Sequence record: SRR20825019_253
DNA: 39,498 nt
Direction: 5' to 3' (one strand)
The position numbers and the translations under genes are program-made. The notes beneath the pieces were generated by a model, which saw only the letters and a program-made list of their open reading frames with translations, made no database searches and had not been told where the DNA came from. Of this stretch, positions 39,459 to 39,498 are shown in pieces (within the stretch, counting starts at the first letter, position 1; every line of letters begins with the position of its first letter).

Positions 39459-39498
39459 GGGAGGCTGTTTCAGAAACACGCTCCTTCGGCACATCCAT
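39459..39498. repeat. Start of a probable Marinobacter intergenic palindromic repeat (truncated by the window end)
   Basis: GGGAGGCTGTTTCAGAAACACGCTCCTTCGGCACATCCAT matches, from memory, a recurrent Marinobacter intergenic element. Only one partial copy is visible here. Confidence 0.45.

Overview
A GC-rich gammaproteobacterial chromosomal window, almost certainly from Marinobacter: the fatty acyl-CoA reductase at 27595-29133 closely resembles the M. algicola FAR as I recall it. The left half is mostly housekeeping: gacS/barA (truncated), cysM-rlmD-relA-mazG, two convergent small paralogues, ppc, a YbaK-HDOD fusion, adk-tsaB-uppP, rsmJ, plsB and nudC-murI. The middle (19.6-29.1 kb) is a poorly characterised block. 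It holds a SAM methyltransferase paired with a stand-alone, membrane-domain-free DUF2156/MprF-type tRNA-dependent aminoacyltransferase, a soluble HDOD-histidine kinase coupled to a REC-PAS-GGDEF-EAL protein, a divergent FlhG/MinD-like ATPase with a long tail, and FAR. The right part has acs plus an ErdR/CrbR-like regulator, a 2-hydroxyacid dehydrogenase, an aminotransferase, a CPXCG protein, a DUF1439 lipoprotein, a tartrate-dehydrogenase-like enzyme and a LysR/acyl-CoA dehydrogenase pair. The window ends in what appears to be the start of an intergenic repeat. I saw no tRNA, rRNA, CRISPR, transposase or prophage. The best candidates for an undescribed system are the methyltransferase + DUF2156 operon and the adjacent HDOD/c-di-GMP/ATPase module. 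All family calls are from motif recognition, with no database search.
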